NCBI GenBank assembly: GCA_905178155.1
Contig: CAJINV010000010.1
Location: forward strand, 3,864,587-3,928,586
Length of the DNA: 64,000 nt
From: Amoebophrya sp. A120
Lineage: Eukaryota; Protista; Dinoflagellata
Direction of reading: 5' to 3'
Shown here: positions 14,801-25,630 of the stretch, piece after piece
Position numbering within the stretch: position 1 is the stretch's first letter
How the letters are laid out: each line of letters opens with the position of its first letter
Notes under the pieces: generated by a model
Database searches by the model: none
The model's input: only the letters and a program-made list of their open reading frames with translations
What the model was told of the DNA's origin: nothing
Position numbers and translations under genes: made by a program

Positions 14801-15656
14801 TATCCGTAGTGACAGTAACTGGCACCAGCACCCATCGAGCAGCAGCTCCGCTGGGCAGGCGTCGGGAACGCACGCAGGGAAATTCAACAACAATAAAGGC
14901 ACTGCATCCGCTTCTGCCGTCGGAACGGCTGGGCATTATGGCGGTTCGAGTGTTGCAGGCGGGAAAAATCAGAATTACGGAGCTGCTGGTTCTAGTGCGC
15001 AGAGTAGCTATGGTGGGCTGAACAATATTGGCGGCGGGAACCAGAAAGGCGGCGGCGCTGGAACTAATAACTATCACGACAACCACGATGGATCATATGG
15101 ACATCCGGGGCAGCAACATCATCAAAACAGCATGACCTCCCACGGGTACGGGAACCAAGCAGGGAACAACAATCAGTATGGCAACAATCAGTATCATGGG
15201 AGCAATGCAGGTGGATCTACAGGGTCGTCTTACGGGATGAACAACCAAAATAAGGGCGGTCACACAAGTACTGCTCATCATCAGCAGTTTAACAGCCAGC
15301 AGCATAACCCCAACCAGCGGTCTGGTTACGGAAAAGACCACAGCGTCCAGATGAACTATGGCGGTGGTCCGTCGAATCAATACCAACAGCAATACGGCGG
15401 GAAAGATGGTTCATACGGAACAGGTGCTGGTGGTCTCAACAACTACCAGCAGCATCAGAACAGCAACTATGGAGGAGGACATAACAGCCATTACAACCAG
15501 CAGCACAACCAGCACCACAATCCGAACCAGTCTTGGGACCACAAGCAACCCTCGAAGAATGTCGACAAAGGTTTTGAAGATTTGGGCAGGCTGCGGGCCC
15601 AGGCGGCGGAGGGCAGTGCGACACAAAGTGGGACCGATAAGGAGAAAAGCAAATAA
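2835..15656 (+). CDS. TPT1: tRNA 2'-phosphotransferase (Tpt1/KptA family) with very long S/T/A/Q/G/N-rich C-terminal extension; 20 introners plus ~6 other introns
   Basis: Removing elements + one DR copy yields ISKSLAHMLRHAA..DGYA..SKSRF..VRANQGHT..IHGTY..GLSKAARNHIHLA..SSNGVILTIGDEGWIGTKYF; frame traced without stops to the terminal exon ending 15656 (one acceptor near 11.9 kb uncertain). Confidence 0.85.
3359..3625. mobile_element. Introner, TIR family A (TATCAAATGCAAAAATGTCTGGG)
   Basis: TIRs; DR gtacg/gtacg; removal gives DGYAKLSS. Confidence 0.9.
3820..4130. mobile_element. Introner, TIR family B (TATTACAATGAAAAATGCCCC)
   Basis: TIRs; DR actgc/actgc; removal gives EQLLQKIT. Confidence 0.9.
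4187..4396. mobile_element. Introner, TIR family C (TATCCAAGAAAAAAAC)
   Basis: TIRs; DR cggga/cggca; removal rebuilds the Tpt1 HGT motif. Confidence 0.9.
4481..4716. mobile_element. Introner, TIR family D (TATGGCGTTCTCAA)
   Basis: Long TIRs; DR caggg/taggg; removal gives AQGLPQDG. Confidence 0.9.
4760..4925. mobile_element. Introner, TIR family E (TATGCATTGCAAAAGTATCG)
   Basis: TIRs; diverged DR gtcta/ggcca; frame restored (GMRASAEIFIYVD). Confidence 0.85.
5280..5517. mobile_element. Introner, TIR family F (TATCCT..GYAAAA.CGT.CCCAC)
   Basis: TIRs; DR cttca/cttca. Confidence 0.9.
5586..5850. mobile_element. Introner, family A
   Basis: Imperfect TIRs; DR acttg/actcg. Confidence 0.85.
5898..6049. 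mobile_element. Introner, family E
   Basis: TIRs; DR gccca/gccca. Confidence 0.9.
6487..6763. mobile_element. Introner, family A
   Basis: TIRs; DR tcttg/tcttg. Confidence 0.9.
6818..7128. mobile_element. Introner, TIR family G (TATCAAGA.GAAAATCCCCCCTCCCCATA)
   Basis: TIRs; DR agacc/agacc. Confidence 0.9.
7293..7554. mobile_element. Introner, family A
   Basis: TIRs; DR gttga/gttga. Confidence 0.9.
7837..7986. mobile_element. Introner, family E
   Basis: TIRs; DR gtgca/gtgca. Confidence 0.9.
8027..8282. mobile_element. Introner, family A
   Basis: TIRs; DR ccacc/ccacc. Confidence 0.9.
9019..9312. mobile_element. Introner, family B (opposite orientation to 3820-4130)
   Basis: TIRs; DR tcacg/ccacg; interior is reverse complement of the 3820 copy. 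Confidence 0.9.
9616..9768. mobile_element. Introner, family E
   Basis: TIRs; DR agtca/agtca. Confidence 0.9.
11022..11344. mobile_element. Introner, family G
   Basis: TIRs; DR gaatg/gaatg. Confidence 0.9.
11449..11601. mobile_element. Introner, family E
   Basis: TIRs; DR agagg/aaagg. Confidence 0.85.
12411..12641. mobile_element. Introner, TIR family H (TATGA.AGTGCACAACTCCCC)
   Basis: TIRs; DR aagcg/aagcg. Confidence 0.9.
12959..13213. mobile_element. Introner, family A
   Basis: TIRs; DR cagct/cagct. Confidence 0.9.
13326..13534. mobile_element. Introner, family C
   Basis: TIRs; DR aaaga/aaaga. Confidence 0.9.
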
Positions 15657-17278
15657 TGATAGTAAATCGGAACATACGGAACATACGGGAGATACGCTAG
15701 TACTTCTTTCGATTTGGGGCGTTGGGTGCGGATGCGCTGATTGCTTATTGGGTTGCCGTCCGACGTGCACGGATCATCGACCCAGTGTTTCAATTGGTTT
15801 CGAAGAGAAAGGTGCCAAGCGACGAAAAAAGTCAGCCTGCTCCTGTGCTGGTATCTTCTCGCCGGATATGAAATAAAGTACGGTATTTATGTCAGCCACA
15901 AGAAGAAGGAGCGCGTAGCCATTCTGCTGCACGCTCAGTGTTTTATCGAAAAGCGCCATCCTGTTCCTGACGAAATGCAGGGGGGCCTACACAACTTTTT
16001 CGCATGTTATTTTATTCATTTGGCTCCTTTATTAATTATGGCGACTGAATTTGTTGAAATAGGAAATATCAACGAGTCTGCTAGCGCGGGGAATACACTG
16101 GCGTAATCCCTGCGCGTGAAGTCATCGACACGTAAATAAATGCCGAGTGCCACTTTGGTACAAGCGTAATATCACGATACGAGACCGCGACTAGTACTGC
16201 TGTTGTTGCAGCATCACAGATCATGAGAACTACTGTACTTTTTTTCCATATTTAAGTGACTTTTCTTCTCAACAGTATTGTTGTTTATCGAAATGTATGA
16301 CATCAATCCAAAAAACTCATAAGAAGTGTTGGCAAAAAGCATGACTAAAACGACATGTAATTCTAATTTTTCTCACCTTTTGTTTTTCATCAGTGTAGTC
16401 TTTCTCTACTTCTTTCGTGTCTCAAGTATAACATCGACTTCTTTACTGGTATGCCTGTCTTTCTACTCGGGCACTTTTCGACAAGAAACAAATTTATGAA
16501 AGTCTATTGCTTTCTCCACTGTGTATCGGGTTATTTTGAAAATGGTATCACAAAATTGCGAAACGCAAAAGCTATTTTGATTTCACAATTGTATCAATCA
16601 GAATAAAATGATCGGATTAAGATTGTACGCAACTGGTATGAAAATTGGGCTCCAAAGAAAGAGGCTTATATATGTGTTATCCCAAATTGTTCCGGCCTCA
16701 CACAATACGGGCCGGGCATGGAGGTGAAAATGGTAATACACATACCTAGTTCCGTCCCGCAGCAGGTGCAGAATGATCCTGTTCGTCGACGTGCTCTGTG
16801 TGGAGACATGAGCACGTGGAAAAAAAAAATGAAGATCTGAATCTCGTTCCACAAACCAAATACACTGACTGCCGGTCCTGGTGCCGGTGTGGCCACCGCT
16901 GTAGATCCACACAGCAGGATCATCGTGATAGGAGATGCTGAGGAGCCACTTCCGCTCACGAGACGTAAAGTATCCTAGGGCTACCAAAATCAAATGAAAA
17001 AGTGAATGTGCAGACCCAACCTGTTGGCCCGAGCGCTGGCCCTTGGTTACTTACTATCATGTGGTGGCATCTTGTGATTTGACATGAATTTCATAGCAGC
17101 CTGCTTCTTCGTTTCTCCCAGGGAGGTTGTCGATGTGATAGGGTTGATCTATGGTACTATCGGTTCGATGTATTTTCAGTCGCCACACGAAAGAAGAAGA
17201 ACTAGTACCAGAAAGTGAACTTTGAGTCAGCAAGAAACCAGCACCCCAGCAAGTAAGAGCACGTAAAAATATTAAAAC

Positions 17279-18904
17279 ATGTCCGCTGCCCAATTCTCCC
17301 GGGTCATCGACAAGAAAGTCGTAAAAGCGGTCGACTACTTCGATTTGACGAAGTTTAGCTCTCATCGAGACGAAACCTGTCATGCGGACGTCGACCAAAG
17401 AGAAGACGAAGAGAGAGACACGGATACGAGACCCAAAATCCAGATCCGGCCGCTAAACGAAAACCTAGATGGGGTGGTTTTGGATAACGTTTTTACTAAA
17501 GAAGAGTGCGAATACCTGATAAAGGTCTGCGAGCAGGACATTTCAGTGGCTGAAGGCGGGTTTTCTTCCTGGAACATGGAAGAAAAAAATGGAACGCCGT
17601 TTCGAAGGGCTGATACCATCGAGGTGAGAACTGCTTTTTGTGAAGAAGATGGTGGTGCTGGTGAAGCAAGTCGAAGTAGTAGATCTACACACGACAGCGC
17701 TCAGGGAACTACTACAGGAGGAGCAAGGCCTACTGACACTGAACACGAAGTTTGTGATGGGCCGGCTTTAGCTTCATCCAGTCACGCAAGAAAACCCGAA
17801 AAACCTTCTTCCCTATCGCAAATTCTGTTCGACCGGATAACCGATCGGACGAATTATGCCTCCAGCGAAAGTGGAGATGATGATGAAGACCACCAGAAAG
17901 GCGCCCGTGGTGCTTGTCCTACTTGTCGTGTTCCGAGCTACAAGCCCTTTCTCGACGAAACCGCCGACGATTACGAGTTAGATCTTCAGGGCGAATGGCT
18001 CTTAGACTCGATCAACCCAACCTGGCTCTTCGCGAGGTACAAAAACGGCGGACACTTCTCCCCGCACACGGACGGCACGACCATGTTTGACTTCAATACC
18101 AGGACACTGTACACTGTTTTGGTGTATTTGAATGACTTCGATATTAATACTAGTGCAGGGGTCGACGTGCAGGGAGATGAAGAAGAAGATGAACAACTAC
18201 ATGTAGACCAACAGGAAGGTCGTGATGAAGGATCTGCTACTCCGGAGACCCGTCCCAGCACGGACGGGGAGGAGAGTTGTGGTGACAGAAAATCTTCAGA
18301 AGACACTGAAACAAAGGCCAGAGGCGGAAGAAGCAGAAGAAGAAAATCTTCCTCTAGAAGTTCTAGGGAAAGAGGAGCATCGTCGCCAATTATCTACTGC
18401 CATCGTCCAAAAATGACCGCAGAGAGTGCTGGACCTCCTGCTCTGAATGACATCGTCGGAGGTTCAGCGACCACTAATATACAACGAGTATCCGAATCCA
18501 AAATCCTCGCAAACGACCACCTCTTGAACAATTCCGGCGGCACGAATATCTACCGCGACGAGCAAATTTGGGAAGCGTTGGAGAAAAACGAAGATGACAA
18601 CCGGATTATCGGGAACAGAAAACACGTCGCGGACACGGTCATTCCGAAGGCGGGGCGGGTTTTAATCTTTTACCACCGCTTGATGCACGAGGGGCTGCCG
18701 AGTCGGAGCAAGTACATCATCCGGACTGATCTGGTGTTCAGGAGAAAAAATCCCCTGTTGACTGCGGAAGAGGACAAAGAGGCTTTTTCTTTGTATCAAG
18801 AAGCGGAAGTGCTGGCGGAAGAAGGAAAAAACCGGGAGGCGATGGAAAAATTCCGCTGGGCTTTCGGAATGAGCAAGGAGTTGAGAAAAATTTACAAGCA
18901 ATAA
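17279..18904 (+). CDS. 2OG-Fe(II) oxygenase, prolyl 4-hydroxylase-like, apparently intronless
   Basis: 541-aa ORF with VLDNVFTKEEC, RYKNGGHFSPHTDG (HxD), YTVLVYLND, GGT, PKAGRVLIFYHRLMHEG (distal H), KYIIRTDLVF. Confidence 0.85.
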   Translation: MSAAQFSRVIDKKVVKAVDYFDLTKFSSHRDETCHADVDQREDEERDTDTRPKIQIRPLNENLDGVVLDNVFTKEECEYLIKVCEQDISVAEGGFSSWNMEEKNGTPFRRADTIEVRTAFCEEDGGAGEASRSSRSTHDSAQGTTTGGARPTDTEHEVCDGPALASSSHARKPEKPSSLSQILFDRITDRTNYASSESGDDDEDHQKGARGACPTCRVPSYKPFLDETADDYELDLQGEWLLDSINPTWLFARYKNGGHFSPHTDGTTMFDFNTRTLYTVLVYLNDFDINTSAGVDVQGDEEEDEQLHVDQQEGRDEGSATPETRPSTDGEESCGDRKSSEDTETKARGGRSRRRKSSSRSSRERGASSPIIYCHRPKMTAESAGPPALNDIVGGSATTNIQRVSESKILANDHLLNNSGGTNIYRDEQIWEALEKNEDDNRIIGNRKHVADTVIPKAGRVLIFYHRLMHEGLPSRSKYIIRTDLVFRRKNPLLTAEEDKEAFSLYQEAEVLAEEGKNREAMEKFRWAFGMSKELRKIYKQ

Positions 18905-19763
18905 ACAAATAGTTCTACAATAACCCATCTTGCTTTTGATGTTTGTTCCGAATTTGATACCAGCGTTTTCAGTATGAGAAATGGACTACTTACTAGCGAC
19001 TACTTTTCTTGTGCACTGTGGTTTGTACGATCATGCGTTTCATCGCAACGGCGACGTAGTTTTTTCTTCAGCGACCGTATTAGGTACGAGTATAACACAC
19101 GTACATTCACAACATCCTGCCGTCGCATGGTTTTCGTTTTTCTTTCTTTCTTCTATGCGAAGCTGCTGTTCTCTCCTTGGCAATCAGAAAACCGCAGGCT
19201 GCAAAAATGACCAACGCATCCTCTTCGCTGCCAGTTCCAGCAAAGAAGATACAAGAGATTTTTTCAAATTGGCCCTATGAAATCAAAGGTAAACTCTACT
19301 CCTTGCACGCGATCCAGAATCAGAAATAAGAAGTTGATAGCGAATCAATAGCCTGATCATCATGCAGATGCAGTTCGGGTTTCCCTGCTACTGACTCCCT
19401 TGCAAACTTTCGCTATAGGTGTAATTCAACACTTTCCAATGTTTATGTTATTTTGCAAACCACAACCAGGGAACATTGATGCGATGGCGGTTAAATTGGT
19501 ATATGATTGTATCGGCCAAGAACATCAATATGCTGCTTTATTCAGTAATGTGTCTGTGTGCAGTTGCAGGTGTACTGCTTGGTGGTTTGTGTTACATTGT
19601 AGTATCGAAGCAGTGTAGCAAGTGCAATTAGAGGAGTAGGTGCACATAATCACGACGAGATGAACTACATACAACAGTGATGTAGTCGCGAGAATTTCGT
19701 ATGAAGATAAGGTACAACTACCACAACTATTGAAGCTGCTCATTCCGCATCAGAAACTACAAC

Positions 19764-21498
19764 ATGCTCGACCCGGCCGATGACGATCTTTCCCTTCCTT
19801 TCGAGGAACAGATCGACATATTGCTTTCTATGTATCCCGACCGGAATCTGACGACAGTGGAAGACAATGCAATCTCTCAGCCGGGGAAGATTACGAAGGC
19901 AAGGATAGACGTTTCCCCCAACGTCGGGGGGGATACGAGATTGGAGTTCTTGCAATGCACGGTGGAGTATTGTTGTGAGATAAAGCCCGCGCCAGCTGCG
20001 GTACAACCTCCAAGGAACAAGGGGAAATCTTCCTCCTCATCTTCGTCCAAGAATCCCTCGCCATCGAATACGAATTCTGCAAAAGGACAACCTCAACCTT
20101 CGCATTGGAAAGTCGTAAAGTCCGTGAATATGGATGAGGAAGACGTGAAAGTGCTCCTCCACCGGCTGTCCACCGAGACGGACTCCTTTTTAGACGGCGT
20201 CCCTTTGGCGGTGGATTTACTAACCTCCATGAACGAAGAACTACGAGGGGATTGCCCGGTCTGTCTACTCCCCTTGCACGATGAGGAGGAAATGGCGGCG
20301 AGTGGTGGAAAAGGCGTGAATCTGCTCTTCCGGCCGAGTGTGTGCTTTCATGCGGTACTGATTAGAAGTGATAGTGACATAATTTTTACGCTTTGATGAA
20401 TGATTGAATGCGCATGGGTTGTTGCTCGTAGGCACAACATGCGGTCCGACAAGTTGTATGATTTCCGATGCTTTGCTATGCGATACAAATGTGAAGAACT
20501 TCTCCTCGATATATCAAATAAGTACATTTCTTCCGATATTGAAAATACAGATGCACCGCGACTGCGTTTCCGAGTACTGGTCTTCTGTCCCGAACCCCGT
20601 CTGCCCCGTGTGCCGCGCGGAAGCCGCCGACGCAGATTTCTTGGAGCTCGGCATAAAACGGTTCGTCGAGCCAGAGCAGCCAAAGGAGTTTTCAAATAAC
20701 CGAGATAGAAACAACAGAAAGAACAACAACTTCGACAAGGACAATCCGCCCCCAATCAAGCTTGCAAACCACATGACAGAGGAGGAATTCCATCTACTCC
20801 CGGACGCGGCCTTGTCAAAAAGGGCGCGGAGGAGAAGAAACCGGTTGCATGAGCGGGGGTATAGGGAGTGGGATCCAAGTTGTGCTATGGAGGATGGAGG
20901 GGTGTATGACGAAACCAACGGCGCGGCTAACGCCGCCTCGCCACCCATTGTTCTGAAGCCAGCTGAAGGAGGGATACGGGATAACGACGGTTCTGCTACT
21001 ATGCAAAAACACCCCTCGACTTCCACCACAACGAGCAGCTCCGCAACCTCCTCGAACAAGGCCAGAACAGACAATAATCTTCTCCGTTCGCCAAGGATAT
21101 CGGAACAACAAACAGCTACCGGAGGTGGATCTACTTCTTCTTATACCCCTGCTTCTTCTTCAGCAGCGGCCACTAGTACAAGTGCAGGAGGTGTACCACC
21201 AAAGAAGAAGGAAGAAGTGAAGCAAACGGCGCTGCAGCTAGGTACGAAAAAGAACAAAGAATTCAAAGAATCCTTCCAAAAGCTGAAGGAGAAGAACAAG
21301 AAAGATATCCAGGACGCGCAGTATTACCGTACGACAAGTGCGAAGGCTGCGTACGCGATATTGCACTTCACGACGGCGGAAAAAGCGCTGAAATTAATGC
21401 TGGAGTTGAGGAATAAACCGGTGCAGGAACAAGGAACAGGAGGGGAGAGTACTAACGATGAGGACAGCTGGAAGGTGAATTACTATTTCCCGGAATAG
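19764..21498 (+). CDS. RWD-like + RING finger E3 ubiquitin ligase-like protein; one GT-AG intron 20355-20550
   Basis: N-terminal EEQIDILLSMYP; splicing joins DCPVCLLPL..CFHA|MHRDC..W..CPVCR into a RING-H2. Confidence 0.75.
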
Positions 21499-22626
21499 TA
21501 TTAAAGTGCGGTGCTCGGTTGTAATCGGTTTCGAAGCCGAGCTTGAAGCTCAAAAGCTGGAGCTGCACACACGCACCACGTCCCACACCACATAATGCGT
21601 CGATATCTTGAAATCACTAGCGACAATTGAAATGTTAAATCCCACGACCAACGCGACACACGGACATGAAAATGTTTTTCCGAAGATCATCCATGCGCTT
21701 TGTGCGGAAGTAAAGCGACAATATCTGAAGCAACGCGCCCTTGCTTTTGCTTTTCAGGAAGCGAACGTTGAGTCGTTGCAGACCGGAAACCGCAAGTGCC
21801 TCATGTTCCTGCTAGCACCCACGGTGCCTACGATTACTTGTTTGTAGCTGCAGCGGCCTGCATCACTTCATCGGTAATCTGTCTGTCGTTTTCATGGAAA
21901 CAGAAATATTGAATTCGGTGATGACTCTCGTGCATCAGAATCGTAAATTGCCTCGGTTTATTGCCACGCGCGTAAGAATCGCAATGGAAATGGATTTTAA
22001 ACAAAGTATCGGTTCCCTGTTTGCGTATGATGGATAGGTCGCGCGACGTAAAAACCTCATCTGATCGGTCGTCCAAAATCGTACATCGTCTCGCGGGGAC
22101 ACAAGAAACGCAAGTCGTTCGTGATTTATTTTCTCTCGGTCAACACAGTCGCTCTTCGTGCAACGTAAGTAGTGCTAGTCGTCGTCTTTAGCCGCGCTCG
22201 AAATAACGAATAGAAACAATACTCGCTCTTTTCCTACTCAATCTTCAGGTGAAGTAGACGTTCTGTTTTTTTCACCTATATTTGATGTTGCCCCCAATAA
22301 CACACTGTAATTGTTTCTAAAAGTAAGTATACACCATTCTTTTTTACCAAACTTCTGAACACTTCGCACTATGGTCCGGCCCGCCGAGGAGAACCGGCCG
22401 TTCAACGGCAGCAGCACAAACCGGTCAGGAATTTGGGATGACCTACTCGGGAAAGCAGGGGCGTTCGCTTTCTTAACGGTATAGTGAAGAAGTTTGTGGT
22501 CATGCATGAATAAACTGATTGGAAATGGAAAGTGCATCGCTGTACCTGTCTGTCTCTGTGCATCGCAAACAAAGCAATCTACAACATCTGACAATATTCA
22601 AATCGAAAACAAAAGCGAAACAACGA

Positions 22627-24754
22627 ATGAAATCTCAGGTTGTCTCCATCGCCGTGGGCACGCTTTTCAGCCTAATGTGGTACAGCTGTCATCCGGAGGG
22701 TGTCATGAACGCGGAAACGTTGAAGAAAAAGCTCGCGTCCGACCCCTTTCTCGCCGAATCCTCGATGGCCTCCACGTATGAACTGCAAAAGTATCGCACT
22801 CGTAGTAATTGCTATTGCAGTCCTGCATTACAAATCTCCTTCCTGAGACAAATCCGCATTACAAATTCCATTTCTCATGCTGGACAAATTTGTGATGCAA
22901 TTTATAAAATAACAATAGAGAATTTTTGGTCGGATTTTTCTGCCTTATAGATTATAGGGGCTCCCTTAGAAAATGATTAGTAGGGAGATCACTTTCTAGA
23001 TGATTCCCTTAAATGAGCTTTTAGACGAAGCTCCTAAGGGAAGCTTCTAAGGGAACACGGGTAACAAAAAAACTGGCACTGTGGGGAACAAAAATCCTGC
23101 ATGCCGTGTGGGGACCAAAAATCCTGGCGTTGCAACTTGCAACGCCAGCCGCCCAGGCGTTGTTAACAGCCCTCGCGGCCTGCGCTGCAAGTTGCGGCCC
23201 GCGGTGGAGGCGTTGCAACGTCCGGAAGCTTGCATGCCAGAAAAAGGCTAAGGGGCGCGCGTCCCAGAATAAACAAAACCCAGCGGACTTTACCGCGGGC
23301 CAACTGGCTCAAGGAAATGAATCGAAAAAAAAACGCCGGGCCGGTTTTTAGCAGGCCTATTCTGGCCACCCCCAAACCCCGACCCCGCTTGGGGGGTAGG
23401 GGGGGGCGATGACATCCGGCAAAACGAAAAGTAGGGGAGCGCCCCTTGCGAAGCTTAAGGCAAACACCACCCAAAGGGCACAAGCGCAACGCCCCGGGGA
23501 TATATCTGGGGATATATCTGGGGATATGTCTGGGGATATATCTGGGGATATATCTGGGGATATATCTGGGGATATATCTGGGGATATATCTGGGGATATA
23601 TCTGGGGATATATCTGGGGATATATCTGGGGATATGTCTGGGGATATATCTGGGGATATATCTGGGGATGTATCTGGGGGGATATCTGGGAAGGTATCTG
23701 GGGATATCTCTGGGGGGGTATCTGGGAAGGTGTCTGGGGATATGTCTGGGGAGATATCTGGGGAGATCTCGGGGGGGGGGGTCTGGGGATAGGTCTGGGG
23801 CAGCGCTGTGCTTTTTGGTCATGTTTATATTTCGGCCGCGTAGGTTACAGCAGGGCCGTCCGTGGAAAATGACTAGCAGGGGGCGCGCTTCTAGAAGTTG
23901 TCGCCAGGAGTCCCACCTAGAAAGCTGCAGCGAAGACGCGCTGAAGAAAAGGACTGGCATTGCGGGGGCCGTCCTCGCGGGCGGGAAATAGCACAACAGT
24001 GGAGCTCCTCTTGGCTCCGAATCCGATTTCTTTTCCTTATAGATTAGAGGGCGCTCCATAGGGGCTGAGTAGTACGTAGGGGAGGCCGTTCTAGGAGTTT
24101 TTTTGTGGTAGCGGCCCCACCGGGCGGGCTTCTTTAGAATGAAGGGGCCGGCGAAACGGCAGGGGGTGCGCTGCGGGTGGTCCTGTCTAGAAATGAGACA
24201 CCGCACACGAGGGCAATCAGGCCAAGGCCCGCGGCCGGGTGGGGGCGAGCTAGCTAGGGGCTGAGCTCAGGGAACGAAAGCGAGCGCGCCCTCCAATGTG
24301 GGCCGCTACTAGGGAGGGGCGTTGCTAGCAACCGCGGGCCCGGTTTGCCATGCTAAAACCGCCCGCCGGGTTTCTAATACATAGTGGCCGCGTTTGCGCT
24401 AGGTAGCAGATCCTCAATGGCGAGACTCTTTCGACTAGCCTGCACCCCCATGCTCGCTAAGTTTTTTCCTGGGTGTTTACATTTAGACTTACTAGACGAC
24501 CTATCGCCGGCGTCCTGGACGCCGGCGTAGTAGTCTAGTACTAGTACGATGCTTTTGCAAAGCATACCACGCAAGACCACATGGACGCAAAGAACGCCGG
24601 GGCGGGGCAGAATGGCCTGGCCGCAAACAGTGTGTCCCCAACCAGCGCAGCGGCGTCCGCGGCCGCCGCACCAACAGCAGGAGGAAGTCCAGCGGCAGGT
24701 ACTACGACGGGTGTAGCTGCAGGAGGCGCTCCGCCGGCCACGGGGCTGTCGTAA
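22627..24754 (+). CDS. Small putative secreted A/G-rich protein, two exons split by a 1.8-kb composite introner
   Basis: MKSQVVSIAVGTLFSLMW hydrophobic leader; removal of 22777-24566 + one ccacg joins ..SSMASTQDHMDAKN..ATGLS*. Confidence 0.6.
22905..24538 (+). mobile_element. Non-autonomous Helitron-like element nested in an introner
   Basis: Inserted between A and T of the family E motif caattta|tactagta; 3' end CTAG preceded by perfect hairpin cgccggcgtcc-t-ggacgccggcg (24505-24527); 5' end is TA rather than TC. Confidence 0.65.
23496..23800. repeat. 12-bp minisatellite (GGGGATATATCT)n, ~25 units degenerating 3'
   Basis: Seen directly; lies inside the Helitron-like insert. Confidence 0.95.
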
Positions 24755-25630
24755 GACCAAGATTATGGGATTCCTGCGTTGTAGCTTCTTATCCTCGTAA
24801 TATTCGAAATCTAATACTTGATGTGAGTAGGATAAAACGACCTGACGCATCAAAATTAACTTTGCTTACTTGTTGGTCTGTTTTATATTTCGAGGCCCAC
24901 AATTACAGAAAGAGAAATTCAAATTTGCACTCCAAGTCAAGTGTATTGAAAGCAGGTAGAATGTTTTCTGTACCGACCTTCAACAGCAAAAGAACCCAAT
25001 GTCGTGCAAGAACTCTTTTGTACTGGAGCATTTTTTAAGCAGATTTGTTACAAGAGAAGTCTAGTATGCCACCGGCGAAGTGCACGCGGCACTGCCTACA
25101 ACCGCATTGATAGAAGTGCACGAAGAAAAACACTTCTTGTACGGACAGACGCAGCAATCGCAACGCCACTACCTCGTTTCCCTCTTAACAAGGTTTGCTC
25201 AAATATTAAAGTGGTGCTTTTTTTGTGCCCGGCACGATTATGTGCCCCTCTGAAGATTTCGCTTCTGGTGTTGGCTTTTTTCACGACCTTCGTCATTCGT
25301 AGAGTTGCATTCGGCAGTCCAGTGCGACACAGAGCGACTGAGGGAAGCAGATGTGGGCTTTTTTGTGACGTCGAGAGAGAAGGATATGCACGCGCCCTGC
25401 CTGCGTCGTCGGTATCGAAAAGATGAGAGGATCATGTCGAAGCCATGTAACTACTATTCTTGCCGTAACTTGAAATGGTCGAGTTCCCGTTAGTCGCTGA
25501 TAATGTAAGTGAAGCTCCAGATGAATCTTCTGGATTGCAGAGGTGGTCGAAACTGCAGCTGATCTTCCTTTGCGCACTGTTACTACTGTATGTAAGTACA
25601 GAAAGAGGGCATAACTATTCGAAAAGAAAA

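Larger units (their letters stand above)
22777..24566. mobile_element. Introner, family E, carrying a nested 1.6-kb insertion
   Basis: Left end tatgaactgcaaaagtatcg, right end cgatgcttttgcaaagcata; DR ccacg/ccacg. Confidence 0.85.

Noticed and set aside
15912-15930. cgtagccatt resembling the dinoflagellate spliced leader (CCGTAGCCATTTTGGCTCAAG)
   Set aside because: Only a 10-nt match, downstream of a stop codon; compatible with chance
23163-24206. Long ORFs with PRYI / GDIS / GIYL repeats
   Set aside because: Stop-free frames of a 12-bp minisatellite inside a nested insertion
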